A stretch of 64,000 nucleotides of DNA, taken from positions 6,912,001 through 6,976,000 of the forward strand of contig CP068257.2 in assembly GCA_009914755.4 (NCBI GenBank). The letters are read 5' to 3'. The notes beneath the pieces are model-generated. The model had not been told where the DNA came from and made no database searches. It was given only the letters and a program-made list of their open reading frames with translations. Made by a program: the position numbers and the translations under genes. Shown piece by piece: positions 15,064 through 36,834 of the stretch (position 1 is its first letter; every line of letters starts with the position of its first letter). Source of the stretch: the human T2T-CHM13v2.0 reference genome, Homo sapiens.

Positions 15064-15385
15064 ATAATCTATCATCTATCATCTCTCCTATCTAATCTAT
15101 TTATCTATGTATCTATCCATCTTATCTATTTACCTATCATTTATCTATCCTGTCTATCAATGTATCTATCATGTATCTATCTGTCCTAGTTATCTATCAA
15201 TTATGTAACTATCCATCCTATTTATCTACCTATTTTATGTATCTATTAAACATCTACATATCTATATATATTACCTATCATCTAGCTATTTATCTATCTA
15301 TCCTATGTATTTATCTATCATCTATTTATTCTATCTATATCTATTTTTTTCTCTATGTCTCTATCTATCTACCTATCTAGAGATT
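14885..15385. repeat. Complex (TATC)n / (GATA)n tetranucleotide microsatellite, about 500 bp
   Basis: Pure run (TATC)n at 15003-15062 flanked by degenerate TATCTATC/CATC/TACC units. It explains the Tyr/Leu/Ser/Ile-rich ORFs 14745..15380. Confidence 0.9.
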
Positions 15386-15876
15386 TCTTAAGTCCTTGGG
15401 AATCCTGAAGTCAGCTCCATCATAGGATCTCACAGTTATATTAGGTCAACAGTTTTCTTTCTCTGCCTAACTTAGTCTGAGTTGTGTTTCAGTTGCTGTT
15501 GATTGGAACAAACCTCAAAAAGAAATTGGGACTGTTATAATATTGCATTTATGGGTGGCTGACTTATGATGCTGCCTTCCTTGTCTCTGGATCCTGAGTC
15601 CTGCATCCAACCCAGTTCCACAGCCTGGGTATCTATACACACAGTATATAAATGATTCTAATACTTTTTGCTGTAAAACTTTTGGAGTCTCTCTGCTAAA
15701 TTATGTTCCAGTTTCTTAGCTTGGGATTCAAGTCATAAATATACTAGGTCTGTCTTACCTTTCAATGCTTTTATTTGTTCCCTTTTGAACATGGCTGAAT
15801 TTTACCTTTCTGTCTACCTGCCTGCCATTCTTGCTACCCCTCCTTCCTTTTTCCACTCTCATCTTTCAGTCTGTAA

Positions 15877-16680
<804 letters not shown>

Positions 16681-16686
16681 ATTCCC

Positions 16687-16815
16687 GGCTAGTTTTTGTA
16701 GATACTGGGGTCTCGCTGTGTTGCCTAGGCTGGTCTCGAACCCATGGGCTCAAGTGATCCTCCCATTATAGCCTCCCAAAGTGATGGGATTACAGGCATG
16801 GGCCACTGTGCCCTG
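16687..16815 (-). mobile_element. Alu fragment (antisense, 5' part)
   Basis: CGGCTAGTTTTTGTAGATACTGGGGTCTCGCTGTGTTGCCTAGGCTGGTCTCGAACCCATGGGCTCAAGTGATCC...GGATTACAGGCATGGGCCACTGTGCCCTGCC. Confidence 0.8.
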
Positions 16816-16904
16816 CCCTGTCCTCCTCTTTGAAGTCTCTCTCTCTCTGTCTTTACTTTTATACTTATTTTTTCTCTCTCGTCATGTCTTTGCCCTTGTC
16901 TTTT

Positions 16905-17060
16905 TTGGAGTCTCACTCTGTCACACAGGCTGGATTGCAGTGGCACAGTTCTAGCTCACTGCAGCCTTGAACTCCTGGGGTCAAGTGATCCTCTAGCTCA
17001 AGTGATCCTCCTACTTCAGCCTCTGAGTAGCTGGGACTCTATGTGTGCACCACCACGCCT
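16905..17060 (-). mobile_element. Alu fragment (antisense)
   Basis: TTTGGAGTCTCACTCTGTCACACAGGCTGGATTGCAGTGGCACAG...CAGCCTCTGAGTAGCTGGGACTCTATGTGTGCACCACCACGCCTGGCT. Confidence 0.8.
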
Positions 17061-17087
17061 GGCTCCTTTGCCCATTTTTGTTTGTTT

Positions 17088-17722
<635 letters not shown>

Positions 17723-19227
17723 TTAACTACGTATTTTTTACATCTGCAGTGTTTTGGAAAAAGTGGTTCAACTGAAAGAATGAAAAGTTGGGGGCAGAAT
17801 TTGCTTTTAAAAAAAAAAATTTAAAAAAGGGCATTGAAAAAAGTTTCAGTGGTGTTGGGAGGGCCTTGGAACAAGGAGTGAATGGAAGATGAAGGAGTGG
17901 AGGGAGGCCATGTATGGACTCTTTCTACAGACCAGGCTGTTGAAGGAGAGAGGGCTAACAGGAAATGAAATGCAGGGGGAAGTTTTTTGAAGATGGGAGA
18001 AAGAGGACAACTTTTATATATTTCATTTCATTTGATTCCTTATAAATTTGTAAGGAAGATAGAGCTTGTATTATGTCAGTGAAGTTGAAAATAGAGTACA
18101 GAAAAATTAAGATACAGCACCCCCAAAACCGAGAACTTCTGACATAATACACTGTTGGAAATACTTATTTCAGAGTGAAGAAAATATTGGAAGTTAGGCT
18201 TGTTAATTGGTCTGCATGGTTCATAATTACTCTTTCTTATTAACTATTTAAGGAACATGAGACCAGGAAGTTAAATACCCAGGTATATGCAGATGTATAT
18301 CTAGAATTGGTACCAAAGTAAATATAGGCATACCTTGGAGATACTGTAGGTTCCATTATAGACTACCACAATAAAGTGAATATCACCATAAAGCAAGGCA
18401 CACAAATATTTTGGTTTACCAGTGCATGTAAATATTATGTTTATATTCTACTGCAGTCTATTAAATGTTCAATAGCATTATATTTAAAAAACCAATGTGC
18501 ATACTTTAATTTAAAAATACTTTATTGCTAAAAAATGCTAGTGATCATCTGAGCTTTCAGTAAATTGTAAGATTTTTTGCTGATAGAGGATGTTGGTAGC
18601 TGCTGACTGATCCCAGCAGTGATTGCTGAAGGTTGGGGTGCCTCTGGCAGTTTCTTACAGTAAGACAACAATGAAGTTTGCTACATTGATTGCCTCTTTC
18701 TTTCATGAAAGATTTCTCTGTAGCACTTGATGCTGTTTGATAGCATTTTTTACCCAAAAGTAGAACTTTTTTTCAAAATTGGAGTCAGCTCAAACCCTGC
18801 CACTGCTTTAACAACTAAGGTTATATAGTATTCTAAATCCTTTGTTGTCATTCAATAATTTCACAGCCTTTTCACCAGGAGTAGTTTCCATCTTTAAGAA
18901 ACCACTTTCTTGGGTCATCTGTAAGGAACAACTCCTAATCTGTGCATGTTTTATCATGAGATTGCAGCAATTCAGTCACATCTTCAGGCTCCACTTCTAA
19001 TTCTCTTGCTGTTTCCACTACATCTGCAGTGACTTCCTCCACTTGAGTCTTGAACCTCTCAAAGTCATCCATGAGAGTTGGAATCAACTTCTTCCAAACA
19101 CCTGTTCATGTTGATATTTTGACTTCCTCTCATGAATTATGAATGTTCTTAATGACATCTACAGTGGTGAAGTCTTTCCAGAAGGTTTTCAGTTTATTTT
19201 GCCCAAATCTACTACAGGAATCACTTT

Positions 19228-19514
19228 TTTTTTTGAGCTGGAGTCTCGCTTTCTCGGCCTCGCTGGAGTGCAGTGGTGCTATCTTGGTTTACTGCAACCT
19301 CTGCCTCCCGGTTCAAGCGATTCTCCTGACTCAGCCCCCCGAGTATCTGGGACTACAGGTGCGTGACACCACGCCTGGCTAATTTTTGTATTTTTAGTAG
19401 AGATGGGGTTTTGCCATGTTGGCCAGGGTGTTCTCGAACTCCCGGCTTCAAGTGATCCTCCTGCCTTGGCGTCCCAGAGTGCTGGGATTACAGGCATGAG
19501 CTGCCGTGCCTGGC
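19228..19514 (-). mobile_element. Alu SINE (antisense) inserted in the Tigger1-like element
   Basis: Poly-T then GAGCTGGAGTCTCGCTTTCTCGGCCTCGCTGGAGTGCAGTGG...GGGATTACAGGCATGAGCTGCCGTGCCTGGC. Confidence 0.9.
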
Positions 19515-19924
19515 TGAAATGTATTTCTTAAACAGTAAGACTTAAAAATTGAAATTACTCATTGATGCATGGGCTGCAGGATAGATGTTGTATTGTACTG
19601 GCAGGCATGAAAGTAACATTCTTCTTTCTGAACATATCCATCAAAGCCTTCGAATGACCTGGTCCATTGTTAGTGAGTGCTAATATTTTGAAATGAATGT
19701 TTTTTCCTTAGCAGTAGGTCTTGACAGTGGACTGAAAATATTCAGTAAGCCAACCTCTAAACAGATGTGCTGTCATCCAGGAGACTGTTGTTCCATATGT
19801 AGATAGCAAGCAGATTAGATATAGCATAATTCTTAAGAGCTCTAGGACTTTTTGAGTGGCAAATGAGCATTAGCTTCAACGTCAAGTTACCAGCTGCATT
19901 AGCCCCTAACAAGAGAGTCAGTTT

Positions 19925-19972
<48 letters not shown>
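19925..19972. repeat. (TTTA)12 microsatellite
   Basis: TTTATTTATTTATTTATTT... immediately upstream of an antisense Alu 5'-half fragment at 19973-20090. Confidence 0.9.
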
Positions 19973-19973
<1 letters not shown>

Positions 19974-20090
19974 AAAGAGACAAGAGTCTCACCTTGTTGT
20001 CCAGGCTGGCCTTGAACTCCTGGGCTCAAGTGATTCTCTTACCTTGGCCTCTCAAAGTGCTGGAATAACAGGTGTGGCCCCAGCCTGACC
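19973..20090 (-). mobile_element. Alu fragment (antisense, 5' half)
   Basis: GAGACAAGAGTCTCACCTTGTTGTCCAGGCTGGCCTTGAACTCCTGGGCTCAAGTGATTCTC...CTCAAAGTGCTGGAATAACAGGTGTGGCCCCAGCC. Confidence 0.8.
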
Positions 20091-21089
20091 TTTGAAGCAA
20101 GGCATTGATTTTCCCTCTCTAGCTGTGAAAGTCCTAGATGGCATCTTCTTCTAATGGAAGGCTCTTTTGTCTACTTAAAACACCTTGTTTAGTATAGCCA
20201 CCTCCAGCAATGATCTTAGATAGATATTCTGGATAACTTGCTACAGCTTCCATGTCAGCACTTGCTGCTTCACTTTCCACTTTTATGTTATGACAAGAGC
20301 ATTTTTCCCCATGAGCCAACCTCTACTTGCTTCCAGTTTTTCTTCTGCAGTTTTCTCACCTCTCTCAGCCTTCATAGAACTGAAGAAGGTTAGAGCCTTG
20401 CTGTGGATTAGGCTTTTTGCTTAAGGGAATGTTGTGGCTGGTTTGATCTTTCATATGGACCACTAAAACTTTCTTCATATTAGCAATAAGATTGTTTCAT
20501 GTTCACTGACATAGTGCTTTTAATTTTATTCAAGAATTTTTCGTTTACATTCATAATTGGCTGAGTGGTACAAGAGGCCTAGTTTTAGGCCTTTCTCACT
20601 TTTTGATATTCCTTCCCCACTAAGATTAATCATTTGTAGCTTTTCAGTTAAAATGAGGGGCACGTGACTTTTCCTTTCCCTGAATTGTTTGGGCATTATA
20701 TATGACTTCCGTTGCACTACAGTGTCAGAGTTGGTTGCTGCAGAGAGCACATACATTTCAAATTGCTGCTCTGCATGCTACGAATCACAATGACATAGTT
20801 ACTGTTTGTCAGTATGTGTGTGCACCACACATATTGCCCTGGCATCTTATTTATTTCTCTCATTACCAGTGCATACTTACCTATCATGTTAAAACAAGAA
20901 AAGGAGAAAAGTGGACTTTATATGTAACACTTTAGAGGCATAGTGGAATGTATATTATTATTAACAAATTAGACAGCAAAGCATTATATTTGTTATGCTA
21001 GAAGACTATGGCTGTGCTAAAAGAATATAATATATGTCAACATTGCCAGACTGGGCACTTCTCACAATATTCCCAACCCACAGGAATAA

Positions 21090-22545
21090 AACTAAAAGGT
21101 AAGAAAAAAAATAATAAATTAAAACAAAATTTTATCACAGCAGAATTTCTTCTCAAAAACAAAAAATGGAAATTAGGCTATAATTAAAGTAAGTTTTTTC
21201 AATGGCTTATTTGTTAGCCAAGCAAGGAAAACCATTACCAACAGTAGTTAATTAAATTATGTTTAATTACAGTAACCAAAGATGTGTCCATAGAAAATAA
21301 ACTTTAAAAAAGACTATTAGCCTTTCAGCGAGAGTAATTGCTCTAAAAGTTAAGGACATTGGGATTAATATCAAGTCATTTTGGAAAGAAGGGTGAATGA
21401 TTTTTCATGGTTTTCTTAGGCTTTTGTTGGATGAATAGGTGTTACCAGTACTGTTCAGTTGTTACATATTCCAGAAGTCAGTGCTGAGTTTGAAGTGATT
21501 GAAGAATTAGTGTTTATGCATAGTCTATGTGAAACAACTACAAGAGAAAATATTTTCAGAAAAGTTGAGCAAACACTAACTTAGTACAACCTGAAGTGGA
21601 ATCCGCTAAGATGCGTTACAGTTGATAGTGGCAAAAATAACTGTGGAGCAGAAAGACTTGAGTTGGACAAATTTACAAAGCTTGTTAAATGTCAGGTGTT
21701 TAAAACCTGATTATTTATTGTATTATTTATTAGCAGGTACTTTGTAGAAAATATTTAAATCTGTCATGTTTTAGTGAACTATTATATAATAGTGTCAGCA
21801 GTGATTTTGACTTGCATTTGTGGACTTCATCATCAAATCCTATGAATTTTTGTTAGATATAGGGGCAGAATATACTGAATTGCCATTCTACATAGCAATT
21901 TAATGACTTGGCAGTGGTAAAGTTTTATTTCAGTTTTTTGCGCTGAGGAATGAGATTGAAATTTTTCTGAATAATATTGCCCTCAACTGTTAAGTCAAAT
22001 GCTTAATAGCTTTGAAAGTTGGCTTTTCCTATAGATTTCATAATATTTTGTAACAAATTCACCTAAAATTACAAGGCAGAACAGTGATTATAAGTGAACC
22101 TTATATTGTGGTAAGGTCACTTCTACAAGAATAATGAATCATGAAAATCAAGAGAAAGAACAAATAGTAGGAAAATGTCTTCCAATTCCTTTTGGCCCTT
22201 CATATTTCCACCTAAACTCATAAGCTTTTAAAAAGATAATAATTATTATTTATACTTAAAAAGATAATATAGGATAATATTTTTGTAAAAGAGTTCTTGA
22301 GATACAACACTGAACGTAAAGGAAAATATTGGAGCATTCAACTACATTTGAGAAATAACTTCTGTTTATTAAAATATACGGTAAGAATGAAAGCACAAGC
22401 CCTAATGAATATTCCTGTTTGATACTAAAACAAAGCTTGAGAAGTGGTAGTTTCTCAAGTTTTTCAAGTGGTTTGGTGCAATCTGAAGACTGCAATCCCA
22501 TCAATGAACTTTATATCTTTACCCTTTAAAATTATAATTTATGGG
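21090..22545 (+). mobile_element. hAT-Charlie-like DNA transposon remnant with decayed transposase coding (sense)
   Basis: Translation around 21560-21690 gives KVEQTLT*YNLKWNPLRCVTVDSGKNNCGAEKLELDKFTKLV, which resembles the conserved hAT transposase segment (...L.KY.L.W.KL..VTTDGA..M.G...GL...I...). It is AT-rich with multiple stops. Confidence 0.45.
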
Positions 22546-22838
22546 CTGGGTGCAGTGGTTCACGCCTGTAATCCCAGCACTTTGGGAGGCTGAAGTGGGT
22601 GGATCACGAGGTCAGGAGCTCAAGACCAGCCTGGCCAAGATTGTGAAACCCCGTCTCTACTAAAAATACAAAAATTAGCCAGGCATTGTAGGAGGCACCT
22701 GCAATCCCACCTACGGGGGAGGCCGAGGCAGAGAATCTCTTGAACCCAGGAGGTGGAGGTTGCAGTGAGCCGAGATTGTGCCACTGCACTCCAGCGTGGG
22801 TAACAGAGTGAGACTTTATCTCAGACAAAAAAAAAAAT
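22544..22838 (+). mobile_element. Alu SINE (sense) with an A-tail followed by (TA)n
   Basis: GGCTGGGTGCAGTGGTTCACGCCTGTAATCCCAGCACTTTGGGAGGCTGAAG...GCACTCCAGCGTGGGTAACAGAGTGAGACTTTATCTCAGACAAAAAAAAAAATATATATATATATA. Confidence 0.9.
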
Positions 22839-23024
22839 ATATATATATATATAATTTATTAGACTACCTTGCAATTTCAGGGGATCTTTTACCCATATAA
22901 GATTTTATAAGATTACTAAGTGGTCTTTGGAAAATATTGGTTCACTGAGTGATCCAGATATTCCAACTATTGATACGGTTGTTTTTGTTTGTTTGTTTTA
23001 TTTTGTTTTGTTTGTTTGAGACAG

Positions 23025-23268
23025 AATCTCACTCTGTTGCCCAGGCTGGAATGCAGTGGTGCGATCTCAGCTCACTTCCGTCTCCTGGGTTCAGGTGATG
23101 CTCATGCCTCAGCCTCCTGAGTAGCTGGGACTACAGGCATGCACAACAAGGCCCAGCTAATTTTCATATTTTTAGTAGAGATGGGGTTTCACTATGTTGG
23201 CTAGGCTGGTCTTGAACTCCTGACCTCCAGTGATCCCGAAGTGCTGGGATTACAAGTGTGAGCCAGCT
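23025..23268 (-). mobile_element. Alu SINE (antisense, internally deleted)
   Basis: TTTGAGACAGAATCTCACTCTGTTGCCCAGGCTGGAATGCAGTGG...GTGCTGGGATTACAAGTGTGAGCCAGC. Confidence 0.85.
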
Positions 23269-24059
23269 TACCTAGTCCTACACATTTTTAGTTAATAACA
23301 AAATTCACATTTGTTATAATCGACTGATCTCATCAGAAAAGTCTTTAAGTATTGGAATTAGTTAAGCTTACATTGTTGGTTGTAAGTTTTTCAAATTTTC
23401 TTATTGTCCACTCATGTTCTAAGTTGTTTTCCTTGAAGTGACAGGCTCACTTTATTCATTTTTGAAGAAATATGTCAGATAATCAAGTTTTAATAATTGC
23501 GGTTTCTTAGTTGTTCTTACATGTAAAAACAGTGTTCCATTAAAAAAGCAGTTATTTCAGTTTATAAATCACATGATCACAAATTCTTTCCTCAAGAAAA
23601 ACTGTGGTGTAACAATTATTTTACGCTTCATTTCTCATTTTGTCACATAGATAATTAAAAGATGTGTATTCATGGATCAAGACTTAAAACATTAAAGATT
23701 TTTGCTGCTTCATCAGTGATATTCTCAATGATACTCTACATTATTTTTACTGTAGTTGTAGTGCCAGTTGAGAATGTGACAACTTCTAATACAGCTTGGT
23801 GCCAGCTGCCTTCAGTTTTGGAAATGCATCAACAGTTTTACCCACCATAGCTTTTGCATCATGTAACAATTTTTGCTTCAATTGTTAAACATTATTTTGG
23901 AAACTCAAGGAAGAGTAAAGTCTGTTTTATTGCCCATAGTTTTACTATTTGTTTGTTCTTTCTTCCTTCAGGATGTTCTAAGAATCCTTCTTTTTATCAT
24001 TCTCCTTTCTGGTTCAATAACTTTTCTCACTATTCTTTTGGTGTAGTTTTGTCTCATGA

Positions 24060-24490
24060 CTAATTTTTAGTTCTCATTCATCTCACAATTTCTTGATTTC
24101 CCTTTCATTACTAATGGATGTTTTTGCTGGATATAGAATTCTTTGTTGTCAGTTCTTTTAGGACTTACAAAAATGTTATGCTGCTTTGTTCTGGCCTCCA
24201 TGGTTTCAGGTGAGAAATCTGCTGTCATTTGAGTTGTTTTTCATCTGTGGATAAGGTGTCATTTCTCTTATTTATCTCAAGGTTTTTAAGTTTAGTCATT
24301 AGTTTTCAGAAGTTTATGATATAAATTAGCATTGATTTATTTGTGTGTATCCTCTTAGGATTTATTCAATTTCTTGAATCTGTGGGTCTTCGAATAATTG
24401 TTCAGCTGCATCATGTTCCTTTTCTGAGATTCCAGTGACAGGAATGTTACGTCATTTATTATAGTACCACAAGTGTCTTTAATGCCTTTT
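24060..24490 (-). mobile_element. LINE-1 fragment (antisense; ORF1/ORF2-junction-like region)
   Basis: GGATGTTTTTGCTGGATATAGAATTCTTTGTTGTCAG...CTTGAATCTGTGGGTCTTCGAATAATTGTTCAGC resembles the antisense L1 consensus ...TTTGCTGGGTATAGAATTCTAGGTTGACAG...CTTGGATCTGTGGGTTTATAG. Confidence 0.6.
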
Positions 24491-24530
24491 TTTAAAAATA
24501 TATATATATATATTTATTTGTTTATTTATT

Positions 24531-25311
<781 letters not shown>

Positions 25312-25319
25312 TAATTGCT

Positions 25320-27358
<2,039 letters not shown>

Positions 27359-27360
27359 TG

Positions 27361-31099
<3,739 letters not shown>

Positions 31100-31251
31100 T
31101 AAAAACCATTATGTAAACAAGACAAAACACTCAGTACATTTCCATAGTCGATGAATTTGTCTTTATTACTTGTATATAAATAATTATGAACTCCTTGAGT
31201 TCAGTTCCTTTTTCATTTCCTGACCCTATGGACTTGAACAAGGAAATTTAA

Positions 31252-31650
<399 letters not shown>

Positions 31651-32561
31651 TAAAGTAATTCTTATAAAGTACTTGGCTTAGCTGCTGGCAAATAATAATG
31701 CTTACTGATTCTTGCATATTACCCATAGTTTATTGGCTAACTTTATGTCTTCCTTAAATTATGAAATTCTATAAAGTATCCTTGTCTATTTTAAAATTAT
31801 ACTCATTTTTATAACTTACATGCTTTATTTGTATATATCCAGGATACTAGATATTTGTAATCCAAATTGGAGGTTATTTTTTGTCATTTGATTTTTTTTC
31901 TGTAATGTGTGTTCTCACCACATAGAAGTTTTTACATTTTTATGTAGTCAGATTTATTCATGTTTTTATTTATGGTTATGTTAAAGATTATAGCTATTAG
32001 GGACCTATTTCTTCAGGGTTTATAATTTATGTATGTTGTTACAAATAGAGAAATTACTTTTTCTTTGACCCAATAGGTAGAGGGCACTTTTGTGGACTCA
32101 GAAAGCTTGCCTCTCCTATTTTATTTTAGGAAAATTTCTCAGATTCTGCCTCCTCATTTCCAAGCCAGAGTTTAAAATATTTACATTTTTACTTCATAGT
32201 GTTAAGACATTGTGTAATGTAAGTATAATGTGTAAAAAAAAATCTTAAAAATCTAATAGTGATTTGGCAGAGACCAAAGCATGGAGGGCCTTGAAATGCT
32301 GCTCTATTTGTTATCTATTATTATAAAGCAATTACCATAAACTTAATATCTTAAAACAGCACCCATTTACTTAGGTCAGAACTCAGGGCAGGCTCAACTG
32401 TGCTCTCTGTTTAAGGTCTCACAGGATTCAAATCAAGGTGTTACCTGGGTGGAGGCTCCGGGGGTGAATCCTCTTCTGGGGCATTCAGGTGTGGGAGGAA
32501 TTCAGTTCTATGCAGTTGTAGGGCTGAGCTCGCCATTTTCTTTTTCTTTTTTTTTTTTTTT

Positions 32562-32845
32562 TTTGAGACAGAGACTTGCTCTGTCGCACAGGCTGGAGTG
32601 CAGTGGTGCAGTCTCGGCTCACTGCAACCTCTGCCTCCTGGGTTCAAGTGATTCTCATGCCTCAGCCTCCAAGTGGCCGGGATTACAGGCGTGCACCACC
32701 ATGCCGGCTAATTTTTTTTTTTGTATTTTTAGTAGAAACGGGGTTTTACCGTGTTAGCCAGGATGGTCTCGATCTCATGACCTCGTGATCCTCCTGCCTT
32801 GGCCTCCCAAAGTGCTGGGATTACAGGCATGAGCCACCACAACCT
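32562..32845 (-). mobile_element. Alu SINE (antisense) with a probable target-site duplication
   Basis: Poly-T then GAGACAGAGACTTGCTCTGTCGCACAGGCTGGAGTGCAGTGG...GGGATTACAGGCATGAGCCACCAC; flanks GCTGAGCTCGCCATTTTC (32524-32541) and GCTGAGCTCACAATTTTC (32848-32865). Confidence 0.85.
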
Positions 32846-33699
32846 GCTGAGCTCACAATTTTCTTACTGCCTATTGGTGGGTCACCCTCAGTTCCTAGAG
32901 GCCACTCTTTGGTTTTTGCTCCTGGCTCTTTTTATCTTGAAAGATAGCAACAGTGTATTGAAATGTTCCCTTGCTATGAATTTCCCTTTTGCTACTAGCT
33001 GGAGAAAACTCCAGCTTTCAAAGAGGTTATTTGATTAGATTAGGCAAATATCTCTTTTGATTAATGCAAAGGCAGTTGATTGGTGGCTTTAATCACATCT
33101 GCAGAATTCCTTTGCCATATAATATATTAATGGCATTAACCTTGTCATGATATTTCATCATATTTACAGCCTCTGTATTAGGGTAGGAAATTTGGTGGGG
33201 TTGGTGGTATGCGGGCATTTTAGAATACTGCCTACCACACATTCTGTATTGAGGGGTTTGTGTGTGATTCAGAATATATTTGTATTCCTTTAGAAAGATT
33301 GCTGTGGCAGCAGGGAGGAGGATGTGGCAGAAAGGAAAGATACTGGCAGGAGAAAAATCCCACTCTTAGCAGTCTCCATTTTGATTTTGTAATGTCGTTT
33401 GATGTTTTTTTTTAGCAGATGTTTCAATCAGAAATGTGTGTTTAATAGTATGCCAACTAGAATGATTAGCCTGGACCAGAACAAGAGTCATGAGTCAGTC
33501 ATTGAACTGTTCATTACTTCAGGTCAATTCATACACAGAATAATTTCATAGATTAGGTTTTATTTCAGTCAGCTTTATTTCACTTTCTAAAGCAAACAGT
33601 TGTTTAAACCTCGGATCTCATTAACAGCATTTTAATAAACACAGTATTAGGGTGGGTTTACTTACCTAGATTGCGAATCTCATGGATTATATATTGATT

Positions 33700-34500
33700 C
33701 TTATAGGCTTAATTTTTGAATCGGGCATTATTTATTGTAATTCTTTAGTCTTACGTTTTGCATGTTTGAAGCTATATTTTTTCCTCTGAATACCACATTT
33801 GCCATGTCTCAGAGATTTTTTTGATGTTTCTTAATCATTTAAAAATAATACATGATTTTTCTTCTTGATTGAAACTCTGCCATTATATAGAAAGGACTTT
33901 TAAATTTTGCCAGTGGATAGATTTGGGAGTTTATCCTTATATTGTGAATTTCTAATTTTTATTGTATTAGGTCTAGGGACGCATCTGCTTTTACTGGATA
34001 TAACCTAGGAAATACCTGCTTTTTAAAATATGTGGACATTTCCTTATGACCATACATGTGAATTTTTTTTGAAAATTCTATGTACATTTGAATGGAATGT
34101 TTTCTCTATTTTTGGAATTCAGAGATCTGTGTGTATTTTATGTGTCTGTTTGAATCAAACCCGATCATTGCTATTATTTATTTCATATCTACTTAATATC
34201 CTGATTTGAGAGCTATGTTAAAGTCTAATCTATGCATGTTATTTCTACTCAGCTTTACTTTCTATGTGTGACATATACGTATTAGGTGTATAAACTTTAA
34301 TGACTATGGCTTCTTTTGGAATTTACACTGTAACATAAAACTTATGTTATTATGAATTATTATCTTTGACTTGTTCACTGCTTTTTAGTTTAAATTCTGT
34401 TTCTTTGCAATTATTGCTATACCTGCATTTTTTGGATAGCGTTTGTGTTTTTTCCCCTCAAGTCTGTTTTTGAATTGTGTATGTCACTGTGCATTGTGCA
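33700..34500 (-). mobile_element. Probable old LINE-1 ORF2 fragment (antisense)
   Basis: 33920-34030 TTTGGGAGTTTATCCTTATATTGTGAATTTCTAATTTTTATTGTATTAGGTCTAGGGACGCATCTGCTTTTACTGGATATAACCTAGG resembles the antisense L1 ...CTGTTATTGATTTCTAATTTAATTCCATTGTGGTCAGAGAACATACTTTGTATGATTTCAATTC; weak. Confidence 0.4.
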
Positions 34501-34505
34501 TATGT

Positions 34506-34506
34506 A

Positions 34507-34560
<54 letters not shown>
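34506..34560. repeat. (TA)27 microsatellite
   Basis: ATATATATAT... run of about 54 bp. Confidence 0.95.
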
Positions 34561-35166
<606 letters not shown>

Positions 35167-36427
35167 ATTCATTTTATATTATATATGTGTACACACACAC
35201 ACATACATAAATGAAGTCTGTAGTATAGTTACAGGTAAAATATGCATATGTGTTAAGTAGTATATTTGGCATATTTTGAAAGTTGCTGTCTTTTACTAGA
35301 GAATTTAACCTATTTACATTTGCTATCCATGGACTTGAATGTTAGCTTAACAGACATTAAAATTTTGGTTTTAAATAATTTTTTATAGACTTAGGAAAAC
35401 AAAGATTTTTTGGGGGTTTCTTTTTAATTCAGTATTGGTAATGAGAACTGATGCCCGATTCTTCTTTTTTTGTAATGATTTGTTTTCTTTTTTATGTGGC
35501 TCCAAGAATTTTCCTTTTATCCTTGTTATTTCAAACTTTCTGGGAAGTTTTTACCTGAACCTGCCATTCAGGGAGTTTAAAGAGGCATTGTTACAGATCA
35601 AGAGTGAGTATTTTTGTAGGGATATAGAGATAAGTGGAACAGTGATAATGACTCTTTGGGTTTTAGGTTCCTCATCTGTTGAATGAGGATTATGCTTAAT
35701 TAAATGTTAGCTTTTATTATTAGATATATACATAACTTTTCCTTTAGAATTTTAGTGATTATAATCCCTTCTATTTTCTCCCCTTCTGGTACTCATATAA
35801 AACAGACGTTGCACCTTCTGGATCAGATTTTCATGTCATTCTGCCTCTTTCTCTTGCTTTCCATCTTTGTTCTTTATTACTGCATCCTGGGAGAATCCTA
35901 GTTGCCTAACACTAAAAACAGATTGGTGAAGATTAAAAACAAATTTGGAGCATGGGGAGCCTTACAATACTTATTTATTAGAGCACGTAGCCTAAAACCA
36001 TTGCTATAGTTGGTACAGAATAAATACTGGATAATTAATTAAATGAACTGTGGAATATTTAACTTCTTGGTACTTTTTTATGATACAACTTTAATCTCAG
36101 AAATTTTGTTCATTCTGTTTTTTATAGATACATTTTGACAGATTATTTCAATCTATTAAATAAAAGTTTTGAAAATTCCTCAGACTCATTCTTAAAATTG
36201 GTAATATGAGTTCTCACTGAGTTTTTGTTGTTGTTATTGTGTTCTTGGATTAATATGGGAAAATATTATTATAACATGTTGCTTTTTTCCTTTTCTTACT
36301 CCCTGTCTTTTCAATGATGAATAAAAGTAAAAAGAAAAAATGCCATCTAGGAATTTTCATTATTGATTCAAATAAACCATTTAGTTGATAAACCATTTAA
36401 GGGCTTTTTTTTTTTTAATTTTTATAA

Positions 36428-36834
<407 letters not shown>

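Larger units (their letters stand above)
18318..21060 (-). mobile_element. Tigger1-like pogo/Tc1-mariner DNA transposon remnant, with the transposase reading frame antisense to the window and interrupted by two Alu insertions
   Basis: The 5' part matches the Tigger1 terminus I recall: GGCATACCTTGGAGATACTGTAGGTTCCATTATAGACTACCACAATAAAGTGAATATCACCATAAAGC...TTGGTTTACCAGTGCATGTAAATATTATGTTTATATTCTACTGCAGTCTATTAAATGTTCAATAGCATTATATTTAAAAAACCAATGTGCATAC...ATACTTTATTGCTAAAAAATGCTAG. Minus-strand ORF 20134..20319 ([39 protein letters not shown]) resembles the CENP-B/pogo-like Tigger transposase segment NIKITGEAASAD...FP..L.K.I.E.GY...QVFN. Confidence 0.7.

Noticed and set aside
14745-15380. Tyr/Leu/Ser/Ile-rich ORFs on the plus strand
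   Set aside because: Translation of the (TATC)n complex microsatellite
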